A stretch of 64,000 bases of DNA, taken from sequence record PZ452581.1; one strand, 5' to 3'. Source of the stretch: a phage. Under the pieces are notes generated by a model, which had not been told where the DNA came from, made no database searches, and saw only the letters and a program-made list of their open reading frames with translations. How positions within the stretch are numbered: the first letter of the stretch is position 1; each line of letters begins with the position of its first letter. Below, one piece after another: positions 31,837 to 40,654 of the stretch. Made by a program: the position numbers and the translations under genes.

Positions 31837-32622
31837 ATGGCAATTGTAGGTGTTCCTGGCTGGATTGGTGAATCTGCCGTGAATGAAACTGGACAACGCT
31901 GGATGGATGCTGCAATGAAAGCAGTTCGTGTTTCAGTTCCCGGTTGGATGAGCTCAATGGCCGGACAATCTAAAGAAGTATATTATAGCATTGGTGCTAG
32001 TAATTCTTATAATAAAGATACATTAATAAACTGGATAAAAGCACAAGGGTCCACGCCTGTTGTTATTACTATTACAGGAAATATTGTTTCTCAATCTACT
32101 GGTGTTCCATGCTTAGATTTTCCTAGCTCATTAACTAATGCATACGTGACACTTAATATCAATTCAGGCGTGCATGTTTGGGGCCGTGGCGGGAATGGCG
32201 GAAATAACTCTGCCGGTGGAGCAGGAGGAACTGCAATAAATAATGGAATTGGAACTAGATTGCGTATTAACAACAATGGTGTTATCGCAGGAGGCGGTGG
32301 CGGCGGTGGAGGTGGATATTATTCTCCTTTTTCACAAATGAAATTGACTTTTGGCGGTGGCGGCGGTCGTCCATTTGGTGCTGCTGGCGGGTCTGCTAAT
32401 ATGGAACAGGGCGCTACTGCTGGTACTATTTCTGCACCTGGTAAAGGGTCTGTCAATGGTATCTATAATGGCGGGAATGGCGGTGATGCTGGTGCCGCAG
32501 GTGGTAAATGTAATATTCGTGGGCAAGGATCAGAATATAACGGCGGTGCGGCTGGTAAAGCTGTTACTGGTAATGCTCCAACTTGGACTAAAGTTGGTAC
32601 AATATACGGTTCAAGAGTATAA
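31837..32622 (+). CDS. 38: tail fibre adhesin, glycine-rich T2/T6-type gp38
   Basis: 261 aa; conserved N-terminus MAIVGVPGWIG and poly-Gly blocks (GGGGGGGGG) separating variable segments. Confidence 0.85.
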   Translation: MAIVGVPGWIGESAVNETGQRWMDAAMKAVRVSVPGWMSSMAGQSKEVYYSIGASNSYNKDTLINWIKAQGSTPVVITITGNIVSQSTGVPCLDFPSSLTNAYVTLNINSGVHVWGRGGNGGNNSAGGAGGTAINNGIGTRLRINNNGVIAGGGGGGGGGYYSPFSQMKLTFGGGGGRPFGAAGGSANMEQGATAGTISAPGKGSVNGIYNGGNGGDAGAAGGKCNIRGQGSEYNGGAAGKAVTGNAPTWTKVGTIYGSRV

Positions 32623-32653
32623 TTTTGAATAAATATCCTTAAAAGGAGGGTCT

Positions 32654-33310
32654 ATGGCAGCACCTAGAATATCATTTTCGCCCTCTGATATTCTATTTGG
32701 TGTTCTAGATCGCTTGTTCAAAGATAATGCTACCGGGAAGGTTCTTGCTTCCCGAGTAGCTGTCGTAATTCTTTTGTTTATGATGGCGATTGTTTGGTAT
32801 AGGGGAGATAGTTTCTTTGAGTACTATAAGCAATCAAAGTATGAAACATACAGTGAAATTATTGAAAAGGAAAGAAATGCACGCTTTGAATCTGTCGCCC
32901 TGGAACAACTCCAGATAGTTCATATATCATCTGAGGCAGACTTTAGTGCGGTGTATTCTTTCCGCCCTAAAAACTTAAACTATTTTGTTGATATTATAGC
33001 ATACGAAGGAAGATTACCTTCAACAATAACTGAAAAATCACTTGGAGGATATCCTGTTGATAAAACTATGGATGAATATACAGTTCATTTAAATGGACGT
33101 CATTATTATTCCAACTCAAAATTTGCTTTTTTACCAACTAAAAAGCCTACTCCCGAAATAAACTACATGTACAGTTGTCCATATTTTAATTTGGATAATA
33201 TCTATGCTGGAACGATAACCATGTACTGGTATAGAAATGATCATATAAGTAATGACCGCCTTGAATCAATATGTGCTCAGGCGGCCAGAATATTAGGAAG
33301 GGCTAAATAA
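32654..33310 (+). CDS. t: holin / lysis-inhibition sensor
   Basis: 218 aa; N-terminal TM segment; recognised as T4 T holin. Confidence 0.9.
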   Translation: MAAPRISFSPSDILFGVLDRLFKDNATGKVLASRVAVVILLFMMAIVWYRGDSFFEYYKQSKYETYSEIIEKERNARFESVALEQLQIVHISSEADFSAVYSFRPKNLNYFVDIIAYEGRLPSTITEKSLGGYPVDKTMDEYTVHLNGRHYYSNSKFAFLPTKKPTPEINYMYSCPYFNLDNIYAGTITMYWYRNDHISNDRLESICAQAARILGRAK

Positions 33311-33583
33311 TTATTTGTTTGTATACATCTCTAGATATCGATATACACTCTCAAAACCCTCATTGAATTCGTCGATGAGGGTTTTCTTATCTTCTTGAGT
33401 TAATTCAGAAACAATTTTACGGAATGAATTCTGATTTAATTTTCTACCTTCATGCGTTACTCCAATCTCATTCAGAAATGCAATAAAATTAGCACGATTC
33501 TCAACAATATCTTCTCTGGAAAATTTAATCAAAATAGACGCAACAGTAATAATTTCACGAACTGTATCAATATTTTTATTCAT
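33311..33583 (-). CDS. asiA: anti-sigma70 factor
   Basis: 90 aa MNKNIDTVREIITVASILIKF...; recognised as T4 AsiA; stop codon directly abuts t stop (convergent). Confidence 0.9.
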   Translation of the reverse strand: MNKNIDTVREIITVASILIKFSREDIVENRANFIAFLNEIGVTHEGRKLNQNSFRKIVSELTQEDKKTLIDEFNEGFESVYRYLEMYTNK

Positions 33584-33595
33584 TAACTATACCAC

Positions 33596-33748
33596 TCAAT
33601 TAGTTGACTTTGTTATAATATCATCAGACGCTTGATTTGTAAACCGGTCTGTGTTATTTTCTTCAAAAATTTTTTCTACGAATTCCTTGAACGACTCACG
33701 TTCCTGAGCTACATTATGCTCGATTACCTTTTCAAGATTATGACTCAT
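33596..33748 (-). CDS. small hypothetical protein (50 aa)
   Basis: ATG overlaps arn stop (ATGA); below ORF-track cutoff; contains the asiA promoter-like motif (33610-33644). Confidence 0.35.
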   Translation of the reverse strand: MSHNLEKVIEHNVAQERESFKEFVEKIFEENNTDRFTNQASDDIITKSTN

Positions 33749-34023
33749 TCGAAATAATCTTCAATTTCATAATCATGGACATAAATCATTATAGTTTTTA
33801 ATACATCATCAATACTTTTTCCTGGAGCTGGAATTACGTAAAAATATCCTGCTTTTGAGAGGTCTTTATAAGTTCCAATCAAGAAATCATTATTCTCAAG
33901 ATGTAGTTCTTCAACTAATTCATTAACAATTGAGTGGTATAAATTTGGTAGAAACTTATATAGCTTTTCTAGAATATCAATTTTGATTGTATATTGAACC
34001 ACGGACTGAGAATCAATAATCAT
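33745..34023 (-). CDS. arn: Arn-like anti-restriction (McrBC inhibitor); assignment by size and synteny
   Basis: 92 aa, immediately upstream of asiA as in T4. Confidence 0.65.
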   Translation of the reverse strand: MIIDSQSVVQYTIKIDILEKLYKFLPNLYHSIVNELVEELHLENNDFLIGTYKDLSKAGYFYVIPAPGKSIDDVLKTIMIYVHDYEIEDYFE

Positions 34024-34106
34024 AGACCTTCCCCTTATGTTTCTGTTTGCGATTAGATTCTTTAAACGCTTTCTTCTTATCCTTATGAACAGAAGCTTTA
34101 TTAAAA

Positions 34107-34325
34107 TTATGTTTTGCGACTAAATTGTTCATAGTGCTGAATTACCTCTCTTAAACATTTGCATGTGAATGAAAACTTTTTAGCTACACCACATTCAAAT
34201 ATATGTTCTCTTAAATCGCGTGTATCGGTATATCCCATCTCAACAATAAAGTGCCTTATCAGATTTTTATCTTTATCATTGAGAGAATTAAAATAGTCAG
34301 ATTTTGAATTAATTTCCCTGGCCAA
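34107..34325 (-). CDS. hypothetical Cys-containing protein (arn.x block)
   Basis: 72-aa ORF. Confidence 0.5.
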   Translation of the reverse strand: MAREINSKSDYFNSLNDKDKNLIRHFIVEMGYTDTRDLREHIFECGVAKKFSFTCKCLREVIQHYEQFSRKT

Positions 34326-34605
34326 ATTGAATCACCTTCAGTTGACGTTTTAACTCTGTTATCATTTCTTCGTTCATCGCAATATAAAGATCGCGTAAAG
34401 CAGGTTTTAGCATGTCATTTATTATAGAACTAAATGGGCATACATATTCTTTTCCTACAAGCTTTTTGGTGAATTCCATATCACAGAACTTAAATCCCGG
34501 CTCATTGGTATAAATTCCCCAATTAGTTGACATCATTTTATTGGCATATTCTAGTGCCTGGATTTGATTCATAATTCCATCAATTTGAAACTTTTTAATA
34601 TTCAT
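34309..34605 (-). CDS. hypothetical protein (arn.x block)
   Basis: 98-aa ORF. Confidence 0.55.
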   Translation of the reverse strand: MNIKKFQIDGIMNQIQALEYANKMMSTNWGIYTNEPGFKFCDMEFTKKLVGKEYVCPFSSIINDMLKPALRDLYIAMNEEMITELKRQLKVIQFGQGN

Positions 34606-35066
34606 TAGTAAAGGTCCTCAGAGTAAAGTTCTTTTTCACTACCACCACGTTCAATACGTACTTGTCCAGCGTAAGTTGCAATAATCATTGCTTCTTCGCG
34701 AGTCCAATAATTACTATATTGGTCAATAAATCCTTGGTCATCATCACAAACTTGTTGAGTAACTAATTGAGGTTTAACTACATCTAAAACTTCTGCCATA
34801 TCTTTAGAATAATGACGAGCACCTGGAATAATAAGAGTTCGTCCATCTTTTAATTTAAAACGATTAGCTGCGCAAACAATTCGTCGTTGATACTTTTGGT
34901 TTTCATCCCAATACGCAGTCTGCCAACAGATTTCAGGAACTTCATCTAAAACATTTTGTTCTGTATATTCACCACCGTAAGAAGCTAATTTAGCAGCCAG
35001 ACTTTCCGGAGTCTCACGAGATAAAGCTTTATCTAACAGAGCTAAACGTTCTTTAAAAGTTTTCAT
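34605..35066 (-). CDS. hypothetical protein (arn.x block)
   Basis: 153-aa ORF, ATGA overlaps. Confidence 0.55.
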   Translation of the reverse strand: MKTFKERLALLDKALSRETPESLAAKLASYGGEYTEQNVLDEVPEICWQTAYWDENQKYQRRIVCAANRFKLKDGRTLIIPGARHYSKDMAEVLDVVKPQLVTQQVCDDDQGFIDQYSNYWTREEAMIIATYAGQVRIERGGSEKELYSEDLY

Positions 35067-35392
35067 TTAAACCATCCTTTAATACGTTGCCACAAAGTTT
35101 TCTGCTGAGCTCTGTTAACACCAATTGAACGAATAACCGGTTGAGATTCCTGGAATTCTTTATAATCAGCAAGGTAAATTTCGTAAGCTGCATCCGTAAA
35201 TGAACTTATCGCTGCCATAAAATTATTACGAATACCTACTGGAGCATCTTTACTTTCACGAATAATCATGTATTTACCAGTCTTAATCTTTACGATAGTT
35301 CCAAGATAAGCTCCATGATACCAGATGTCCCACCCCTCTTGAGTGGGTTCTGCGCAACGACGAAGTTCATTGACAATTTCTAACTTGTTCAT
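35063..35392 (-). CDS. hypothetical protein (motA.1-like)
   Basis: 109-aa ORF. Confidence 0.55.
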   Translation of the reverse strand: MNKLEIVNELRRCAEPTQEGWDIWYHGAYLGTIVKIKTGKYMIIRESKDAPVGIRNNFMAAISSFTDAAYEIYLADYKEFQESQPVIRSIGVNRAQQKTLWQRIKGWFK

Positions 35393-35402
35393 TATTTATT
35401 CC

Positions 35403-36038
35403 TCACAGTTCAGATGCTACAGTGATTACAGCTTCAATGTTTTCTGCCGAGCGTTTAATGTCAAGATACACATTACCGTTTTTAGCGATTTTACAAGACA
35501 TTCCGATATCAGTAAATTTCTGAATATGATGTTCCATCATTTTGTATCCAAAAATTCGCATGTTTCCATTGTTGTTAATTTCAAAATTGCGAATTCCGTG
35601 AGTGCGTTTTTCTAAAATAGCAAGATAATTACTACGATAAGTTTCAACCTTTTTAAGAACAAATCCATTTTCATCTAAAAGTTTTAACATGAAGTCTTTA
35701 TCTTCTTCCATATCAGAAGTAATCTCACGAGCTTTACGAGTAGCACGTTTTTTCAGCAGTTCCGGAGCGTTTTCCTGTGCGTATAAAGTTGCTGCGTTTG
35801 AAATAATATCTTGCGCTTCGCCTGTGATGATTAATCCATCACCTGATTTCTCTACCAGGCCTTTTTTAATCAATACCCCAATATTACTATTAACTACTGC
35901 GTTACCTAAATCTGGATGCACCTCACGAACTTCTGCAGCTGTAATGAAATCTTTCTTAGCAATGGTAATTAAAATCGCAGCAGTTTTTTCATTCAGAACA
36001 TCGTTAGAAGCTTTGATGATGTAAGTTACTTTAGACAT
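35403..36038 (-). CDS. motA: middle-transcription activator
   Basis: 211 aa; recognised as T4 MotA. Confidence 0.9.
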   Translation of the reverse strand: MSKVTYIIKASNDVLNEKTAAILITIAKKDFITAAEVREVHPDLGNAVVNSNIGVLIKKGLVEKSGDGLIITGEAQDIISNAATLYAQENAPELLKKRATRKAREITSDMEEDKDFMLKLLDENGFVLKKVETYRSNYLAILEKRTHGIRNFEINNNGNMRIFGYKMMEHHIQKFTDIGMSCKIAKNGNVYLDIKRSAENIEAVITVASEL

Positions 36039-36075
36039 TTTCTAATCTCCGTAATTCTGTATCAGTAGTTGATAG

Positions 36076-36109
36076 TTGTATAGTACCACAGTATGCTTTG
36101 GTTGTAAAC
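36076..36109 (-). promoter_or_regulatory. early promoter-like element upstream of motA
   Basis: Minus strand GTTTACAACCAAAGCATACTGTGGTACTATACAACTATC. Confidence 0.55.
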
Positions 36110-36130
36110 CGTTTTGTGAAAAAAATTTTT

Positions 36131-36162
36131 GAAATAAAAAAGGGAGAGCCGAGGCTCTCCCT
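36131..36162 (-). terminator. intrinsic terminator
   Basis: GGGAGAGCC-GAG-GGCTCTCCC hairpin followed by U-run on minus transcript. Confidence 0.7.
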
Positions 36163-36167
36163 AAAAA

Positions 36168-36317
36168 TTACTGCATGACTGTGATAACTGTCATGATAAC
36201 ACGTTGAATTCCGAACGCAAGAAGACCTCCTGCTACGGCTGGAACAACACCTAAACCCGCCAGTAAAATGCTACCGGATACTAATGCAGCGCTTGTAATA
36301 CCTATGAATGGACTCAT
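36168..36317 (-). CDS. small hydrophobic membrane peptide (49 aa)
   Basis: ATG overlaps gene 52 stop; sequence MSPFIGITSALVSGSILLAGLGVVPAVAGGLL...; below track cutoff. Confidence 0.4.
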   Translation of the reverse strand: MSPFIGITSAALVSGSILLAGLGVVPAVAGGLLAFGIQRVIMTVITVMQ

Positions 36318-37642
36318 TTGATTTCCTCTAAATCTTTAGTGTATTCGGTAACTACATCAGTAGTTTTCCAATATTCGTTTTCTTCTTTCTTAGCTTTAGC
36401 TTCTTCAGCAAGTTTCTTTGCTTCGTCGGAAGTCATATGAAAAATATTCATTCCGACTAGTTTATCAACATAAGAAGAATACATCTCAATTTTAGAAAGT
36501 TCTTCGGTCAGTTCTTTACGAGTTTTACCTTGAACAACAATTTCACCTGAAATTACTTTCTTAATGAAATGTGCCTTGGCAAAGGCTAAACGAAAAGCTG
36601 ACTCAGTTTCTTTGATTTTGTTATCAATTCGTTTTTGGACATAAGTTTTACGAACTTCAACAAAGTCTTTAATTAAATCAACTACGTTATCGTAAACTTG
36701 CAGTTTTCCTTTCTCATTAATGACGGTAATATTCTGAGAACGACGCTCAATCAACCCGAAGTCTTTCATAATTTTTGCATGGCGTTCTTCTTCATTATCG
36801 CTCAAAGAATATTCTTTACGGAATTTAACTTTGAATCCAAAACCATGCTCACCACAAGCATCATCCCATGTAATGAAGCCTTTATCTTCAAGTGGGTCTA
36901 AGATTTTACTCACATAAGTTTCACGATCATACTTATACGGAATCTCAGTGATATGCATTTGAGTTCGTGAAGTAAACTTATATGTTCCACGAATTTCATA
37001 TTGCCCATCAATTTCAACGACTTCACCACGAAATTCTGGGAATTCTACCTTCGGTTTAGTTACTTTCTTTCCTTGAAGAGCTTGCAGTACAGCTTTCTTA
37101 ACAGAAGAAACACTATGAGGAAGAATGTAAGTTGCATAACCAGTTGCAATACCGGAAACGCCATTAAGAAGAACAGTAGGAATAATAGGCAAATAGAAAG
37201 CAGGCGGAATGTGTTCTTTATCTTGATGTACCGGAGCATATTCAGTATCTTTATATACGTTATAGAAATTTTTACTTACACGAGCAAAAATATAACGACT
37301 TGCTGCTGCTTTTTGGACGGTACGAGAACCAAAGTTTCCTTGACCATCTAACAGAGGAAAGTTATTATTCCAAGTGTTAGCCATCAAAGCACCTGCGTCT
37401 TGCGCAGAGTTTTCACCATGATGATATCCAAGGTCCGCTACACCACCTGCAATAGAAGCAAGTTTGTGAAACTTATCTTTATTTCCTCGTGCCAAATCAA
37501 GAGCTCGAGCAATAACAAATCGTTGGACTGGCTTAAATCCGTCAATCATATTTGGGATAGCACGATTTTCAACCGTGTACATAGCATAAGCCAATGCTTC
37601 ATTATCAATGATACTTTTTAAATCGCGATTATTCAGTTGCAT
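36314..37642 (-). CDS. 52: DNA topoisomerase II medium subunit (GyrA-like)
   Basis: 442 aa; recognised as T4 gp52. Confidence 0.9.
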   Translation of the reverse strand: MQLNNRDLKSIIDNEALAYAMYTVENRAIPNMIDGFKPVQRFVIARALDLARGNKDKFHKLASIAGGVADLGYHHGENSAQDAGALMANTWNNNFPLLDGQGNFGSRTVQKAAASRYIFARVSKNFYNVYKDTEYAPVHQDKEHIPPAFYLPIIPTVLLNGVSGIATGYATYILPHSVSSVKKAVLQALQGKKVTKPKVEFPEFRGEVVEIDGQYEIRGTYKFTSRTQMHITEIPYKYDRETYVSKILDPLEDKGFITWDDACGEHGFGFKVKFRKEYSLSDNEEERHAKIMKDFGLIERRSQNITVINEKGKLQVYDNVVDLIKDFVEVRKTYVQKRIDNKIKETESAFRLAFAKAHFIKKVISGEIVVQGKTRKELTEELSKIEMYSSYVDKLVGMNIFHMTSDEAKKLAEEAKAKKEENEYWKTTDVVTEYTKDLEEIK

Positions 37643-37646
37643 AAAT

Positions 37647-37787
37647 TTACCATACTAGTGAATGTAGTGCCATAATAACATCAGAAATGAAAAGCACGAC
37701 TTGAATTAATCCGAACATTACTCCATAATATAGTGCTACCAATAAAGTAGCAAGGGCTAGTGAATAGCCCAAGATTTTCTTAATCAT
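37647..37787 (-). CDS. small membrane peptide (46 aa)
   Basis: Hydrophobic ORF, ATG overlaps stop of next ORF; below track cutoff. Confidence 0.4.
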   Translation of the reverse strand: MIKKILGYSLALATLLVALYYGVMFGLIQVVLFISDVIMALHSLVW

Positions 37788-37938
37788 TAGTAGATAACAA
37801 CACAAATGTTAAATATGCACACATACCCTGGGCTAAAGCTTGTGAAAACACACTGCTAGCATCGATACAGATAGTTAAAACACATGCTACTATCCAACAA
37901 ATAAATGAAATAACTCCTAATAATTTTGCGATATTCAT
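37781..37938 (-). CDS. small membrane protein, ac-like (52 aa)
   Basis: Hydrophobic ORF MNIAKLLGVISFICWIVACVL...; position of T4 ac. Confidence 0.4.
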
Positions 37939-37945
37939 ATTTTCC

Positions 37946-38026
37946 TCACTGGCGTCCGAAGACGCCTTTAGTTTTAAGATTGTTACGATAAAACTGCATC
38001 ACATGTTCGTTGTGGAAATTACTCAT
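37946..38026 (-). CDS. stp: Stp peptide (activator of host PrrC anticodon nuclease)
   Basis: 26-aa [29 protein letters not shown] matches T4 Stp as recalled; start overlaps ndd stop. Confidence 0.75.
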
Positions 38027-38484
38027 TAATATGCCTGCAAAACGAATTTAAAGTTATCAGCCAACATACGGTTCATTTCTTCAAGTGTTTGATACTCAGA
38101 ATGATGATTACGAGTAAACGCCAAAGCTAACTGACCTTTACCAAATCCTGTCGTCAGAGGTTTCATCTTAGAAGCAGGCAGATAAAATACTGTGTATGGA
38201 ACATTGTTATTTGCAATAGTACGCGCAAGTTGAGACCGGCGTTGACGAATATGACTTAGAACTGCGCTGAATCCTTGCTTAGAACGCTGATTACCTACAT
38301 AAAATCGTGCAGACACACATGGATTACTAAATGGACGACCATCTAATTTACTCACTAAAAAGTAAAATCCAGGTTTAGATAAAATATCTTTATGCGGAGT
38401 TCCTAAAAACCATTCACCACCCTTAATTGTACCAATAACAGTAGCGCCTGCGTTGTTCAGATCGGTAACAGTCATATATTTCAT
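38026..38484 (-). CDS. ndd: nucleoid disruption protein
   Basis: Internal ATG at 38484 (GAGGAAA Shine-Dalgarno) gives about 152 aa starting [18 protein letters not shown]; recognised as T4 Ndd. Confidence 0.85.
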
Positions 38485-38544
38485 ATTAATTTCCTCTAAA
38501 TTATTTTCTACTCCAAGGCCGTATGAATACACACGGCCATTAAA

Positions 38545-38760
38545 TTAATCGTCGCAGTCGACGCTCAATTCCCAAAACTCTTCTACAGTATAAGTTTCAG
38601 TATCATTTTCAATACAGAAACGTTCATTACTATTATTTGCTAAAGTAGCATTAACTGTCGGTTTCTCGCTAGTGCTCTTAAGAGGTGAAATACGAATTAA
38701 CTGATCACCATTATCTAAACAGAAAATTTCACCAACTTTTACATCTTTAAAACTTTTCAT
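38545..38760 (-). CDS. hypothetical acidic protein
   Basis: 71-aa ORF. Confidence 0.5.
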   Translation of the reverse strand: MKSFKDVKVGEIFCLDNGDQLIRISPLKSTSEKPTVNATLANNSNERFCIENDTETYTVEEFWELSVDCDD

Positions 38761-38875
38761 AATTCACCTCAAGGAGTATAAAATCCAAATGCAGTTGTTG
38801 ACCATCCCATCCAATATGGGAAATTTGCGCCAATGTAAAACATAAGAATATAAAACCAAATGTTTAGTAAATTCA

Positions 38876-39073
38876 TCATTTTACACCATTCCAAATTGTT
38901 TCAACTACGGATTTTAAACCATTTTGATGAATATCCATTCCGACTACCGCCATCAAATAGATTCCAACTACAACTGAACCTAAGGCAAAAATCAGCATGA
39001 AAATGAATAAAGCCGGAAAAATATTATCGAAAAACCATTCAATAAATGTAAAAGCACTACGTTTACGCTTCAT
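38876..39073 (-). CDS. small membrane protein
   Basis: Internal ATG at 39073 with GAGGAAAA Shine-Dalgarno; two hydrophobic segments. Confidence 0.5.
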   Translation of the reverse strand: MKRKRSAFTFIEWFFDNIFPALFIFMLIFALGSVVVGIYLMAVVGMDIHQNGLKSVVETIWNGVK

Positions 39074-39080
39074 ATTTTCC

Positions 39081-39194
39081 TCACATAAATTCAAAGTAAG
39101 CGTTTAATACATCAATCATTAAAACGATTGGGAATATACTCAAAACTATTAGTATTATAACTACATTCCATATAGCTTTAATAATCTTTTTCAT
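39081..39194 (-). CDS. small membrane peptide (37 aa)
   Basis: ATG at 39194 with GGAGGA Shine-Dalgarno; hydrophobic; early promoter upstream. Confidence 0.45.
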   Translation of the reverse strand: MKKIIKAIWNVVIILIVLSIFPIVLMIDVLNAYFEFM

Positions 39195-39216
39195 TTTTGT
39201 TCCTCCGTAGTTGATA

Positions 39217-39251
39217 GTTGTATAGTACCACGGAAGAACAGTCTTGTAAAC
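39217..39251 (-). promoter_or_regulatory. early promoter-like element
   Basis: Minus strand GTTTACAAGACTGTTCTTCCGTGGTACTATACAACTATC. Confidence 0.55.
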
Positions 39252-39436
39252 AACTTTTTTAAAAATATTCGTAATAAATGTGAATACCAACTACTACCGC
39301 TGAAACCTGTGCAACCCACCACGCACAAGCAATAAGTACAGAATTCAAAATTTTCATAATAACCTCATTACAAAAGTAAATGTTAAACAAATTACTGGAA
39401 TACTAATTAACCAAACAAAACACCACCACAGTGAAC

Positions 39437-39700
39437 TCATAACTCAATCTCAGCGATTTTCATTTCATTACTATTAATAGCCGCTTTAAGACTATCTGAA
39501 AGAATTACATCCCAGTGGTCATTCATATGACCATTAATTAAGCGTGTAATTTCTTCGGGAGTTGAAAAATAAGGCGTATCAGACTCCCAATGCGATAATC
39601 CTAAGCGAGTATAAATCATACCTTCATCATCGCTAGAATATTCAACTGACACAAACTCATCAGTTATTTTATGTTTAGCGTAATAAAATTTAAATTTCAT
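39437..39700 (-). CDS. hypothetical protein
   Basis: Internal ATG at 39700 (87 aa) downstream of promoter motif 39730-39764; track ORF extends to 39802. Confidence 0.5.
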   Translation of the reverse strand: MKFKFYYAKHKITDEFVSVEYSSDDEGMIYTRLGLSHWESDTPYFSTPEEITRLINGHMNDHWDVILSDSLKAAINSNEMKIAEIEL

Positions 39701-39729
39701 TTTCCGCTCCAAATCCGTATCAGTTGATA

Positions 39730-39764
39730 GTTGTATAGTACCACGGTCCTTGTGGTATGTAAAC
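39730..39764 (-). promoter_or_regulatory. early promoter-like element
   Basis: GTTTAC then TGGTACTATACAACTATC on minus strand. Confidence 0.55.
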
Positions 39765-39783
39765 TGTTTTGTGAAATTTTTTT

Positions 39784-40341
39784 TTAAATGGAAAGATACC
39801 ATCCGTTGTAGTTGCTTTTTCTTACAACCTTACGAAGGTCTTCTCTGTCACCGATGAACTTCGGAGTGTACTGGATGACACCTGGATGAATTTCTTTAGT
39901 GTTGAATATAATTATACAGTCAGCGACTTGATGATTTAGAATGGGCCCTAAATTTATTCCAGAACCATATGGATACTCTCCGCTGCATCCCGTTGTTACC
40001 GAAATCCAACGCGAGTCAGTTTGATGTGTCTTAACTTCTACACGAAGCCCACAGTATTTTGGATGTGCTAAAACATCCCATGCATATGTGTACGGATCAT
40101 CGACATCTTCTTGGCCTTTATTGACATATCCGCTTAGCCAATCTGCCACAAAAAACTCTGCGTACACAGCGATACGGCATCTTTCGATAACTTCTGCCTT
40201 ATCCTGATTTGGATTTTGTTTTAAAGAGTATCTTGCTGTATCAGCAATTTTGACCTTCATTTCACTAGTCAAGTCACTGTTCGATAGGGTAAATGTCGGA
40301 ATCTGAAATAGTCTCTGTAAACCCGGATTCGTTTTCTGCAT
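39784..40341 (-). CDS. denB: endonuclease IV-like (assignment by size and synteny)
   Basis: 185 aa between rIIB and ndd block, as T4 denB. Confidence 0.65.
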   Translation of the reverse strand: MQKTNPGLQRLFQIPTFTLSNSDLTSEMKVKIADTARYSLKQNPNQDKAEVIERCRIAVYAEFFVADWLSGYVNKGQEDVDDPYTYAWDVLAHPKYCGLRVEVKTHQTDSRWISVTTGCSGEYPYGSGINLGPILNHQVADCIIIFNTKEIHPGVIQYTPKFIGDREDLRKVVRKSNYNGWYLSI

Positions 40342-40397
40342 TAAACTTTCCTTTTACGTCGGAATCACTGATATTCATACAATAAATCATAGTTTCC

Positions 40398-40424
40398 CTT
40401 AAAACAAAAGGGCCGAAGCCCCTT
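40398..40424 (-). terminator. UUCG-loop hairpin plus U-rich tail
   Basis: GGGC-UUCG-GCCC core followed by UUUUGUUUU on minus transcript. Confidence 0.5.
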
Positions 40425-40427
40425 ATT

Positions 40428-40622
40428 TTATTTGAATTGTGCAATTCTTTTCTCTAGACACTCAGCATAAGATTTCATTGAGATGAACTGTGAAAGCAGC
40501 AGTTCTTGCTCAACTGCACTAACCGTTAGAAACTTTGTGCTTTCTAAAAATTTGCTCAGTGCATTAATTTTGAGCATTAATTGATCGTATTCTTCTTTTA
40601 CTCGTGCTTGATAACCTAACAT
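40428..40622 (-). CDS. hypothetical coiled-coil protein
   Basis: 64-aa ORF bracketed by two UUCG-loop hairpins. Confidence 0.5.
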   Translation of the reverse strand: MLGYQARVKEEYDQLMLKINALSKFLESTKFLTVSAVEQELLLSQFISMKSYAECLEKRIAQFK

Positions 40623-40654
40623 AATTTTCCTTAATATGATAAGGGCCGAAGCCC

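Noticed and set aside
32091-32632. GC-rich GGT/GGC repeat runs and several short ORFs in both strands within gene 38; considered as a possible repeat array
   Set aside because: The repeats are in-frame glycine codon runs of the gp38 adhesin, not spacer-separated direct repeats; the alternative-frame ORFs are by-products of the codon repetition.
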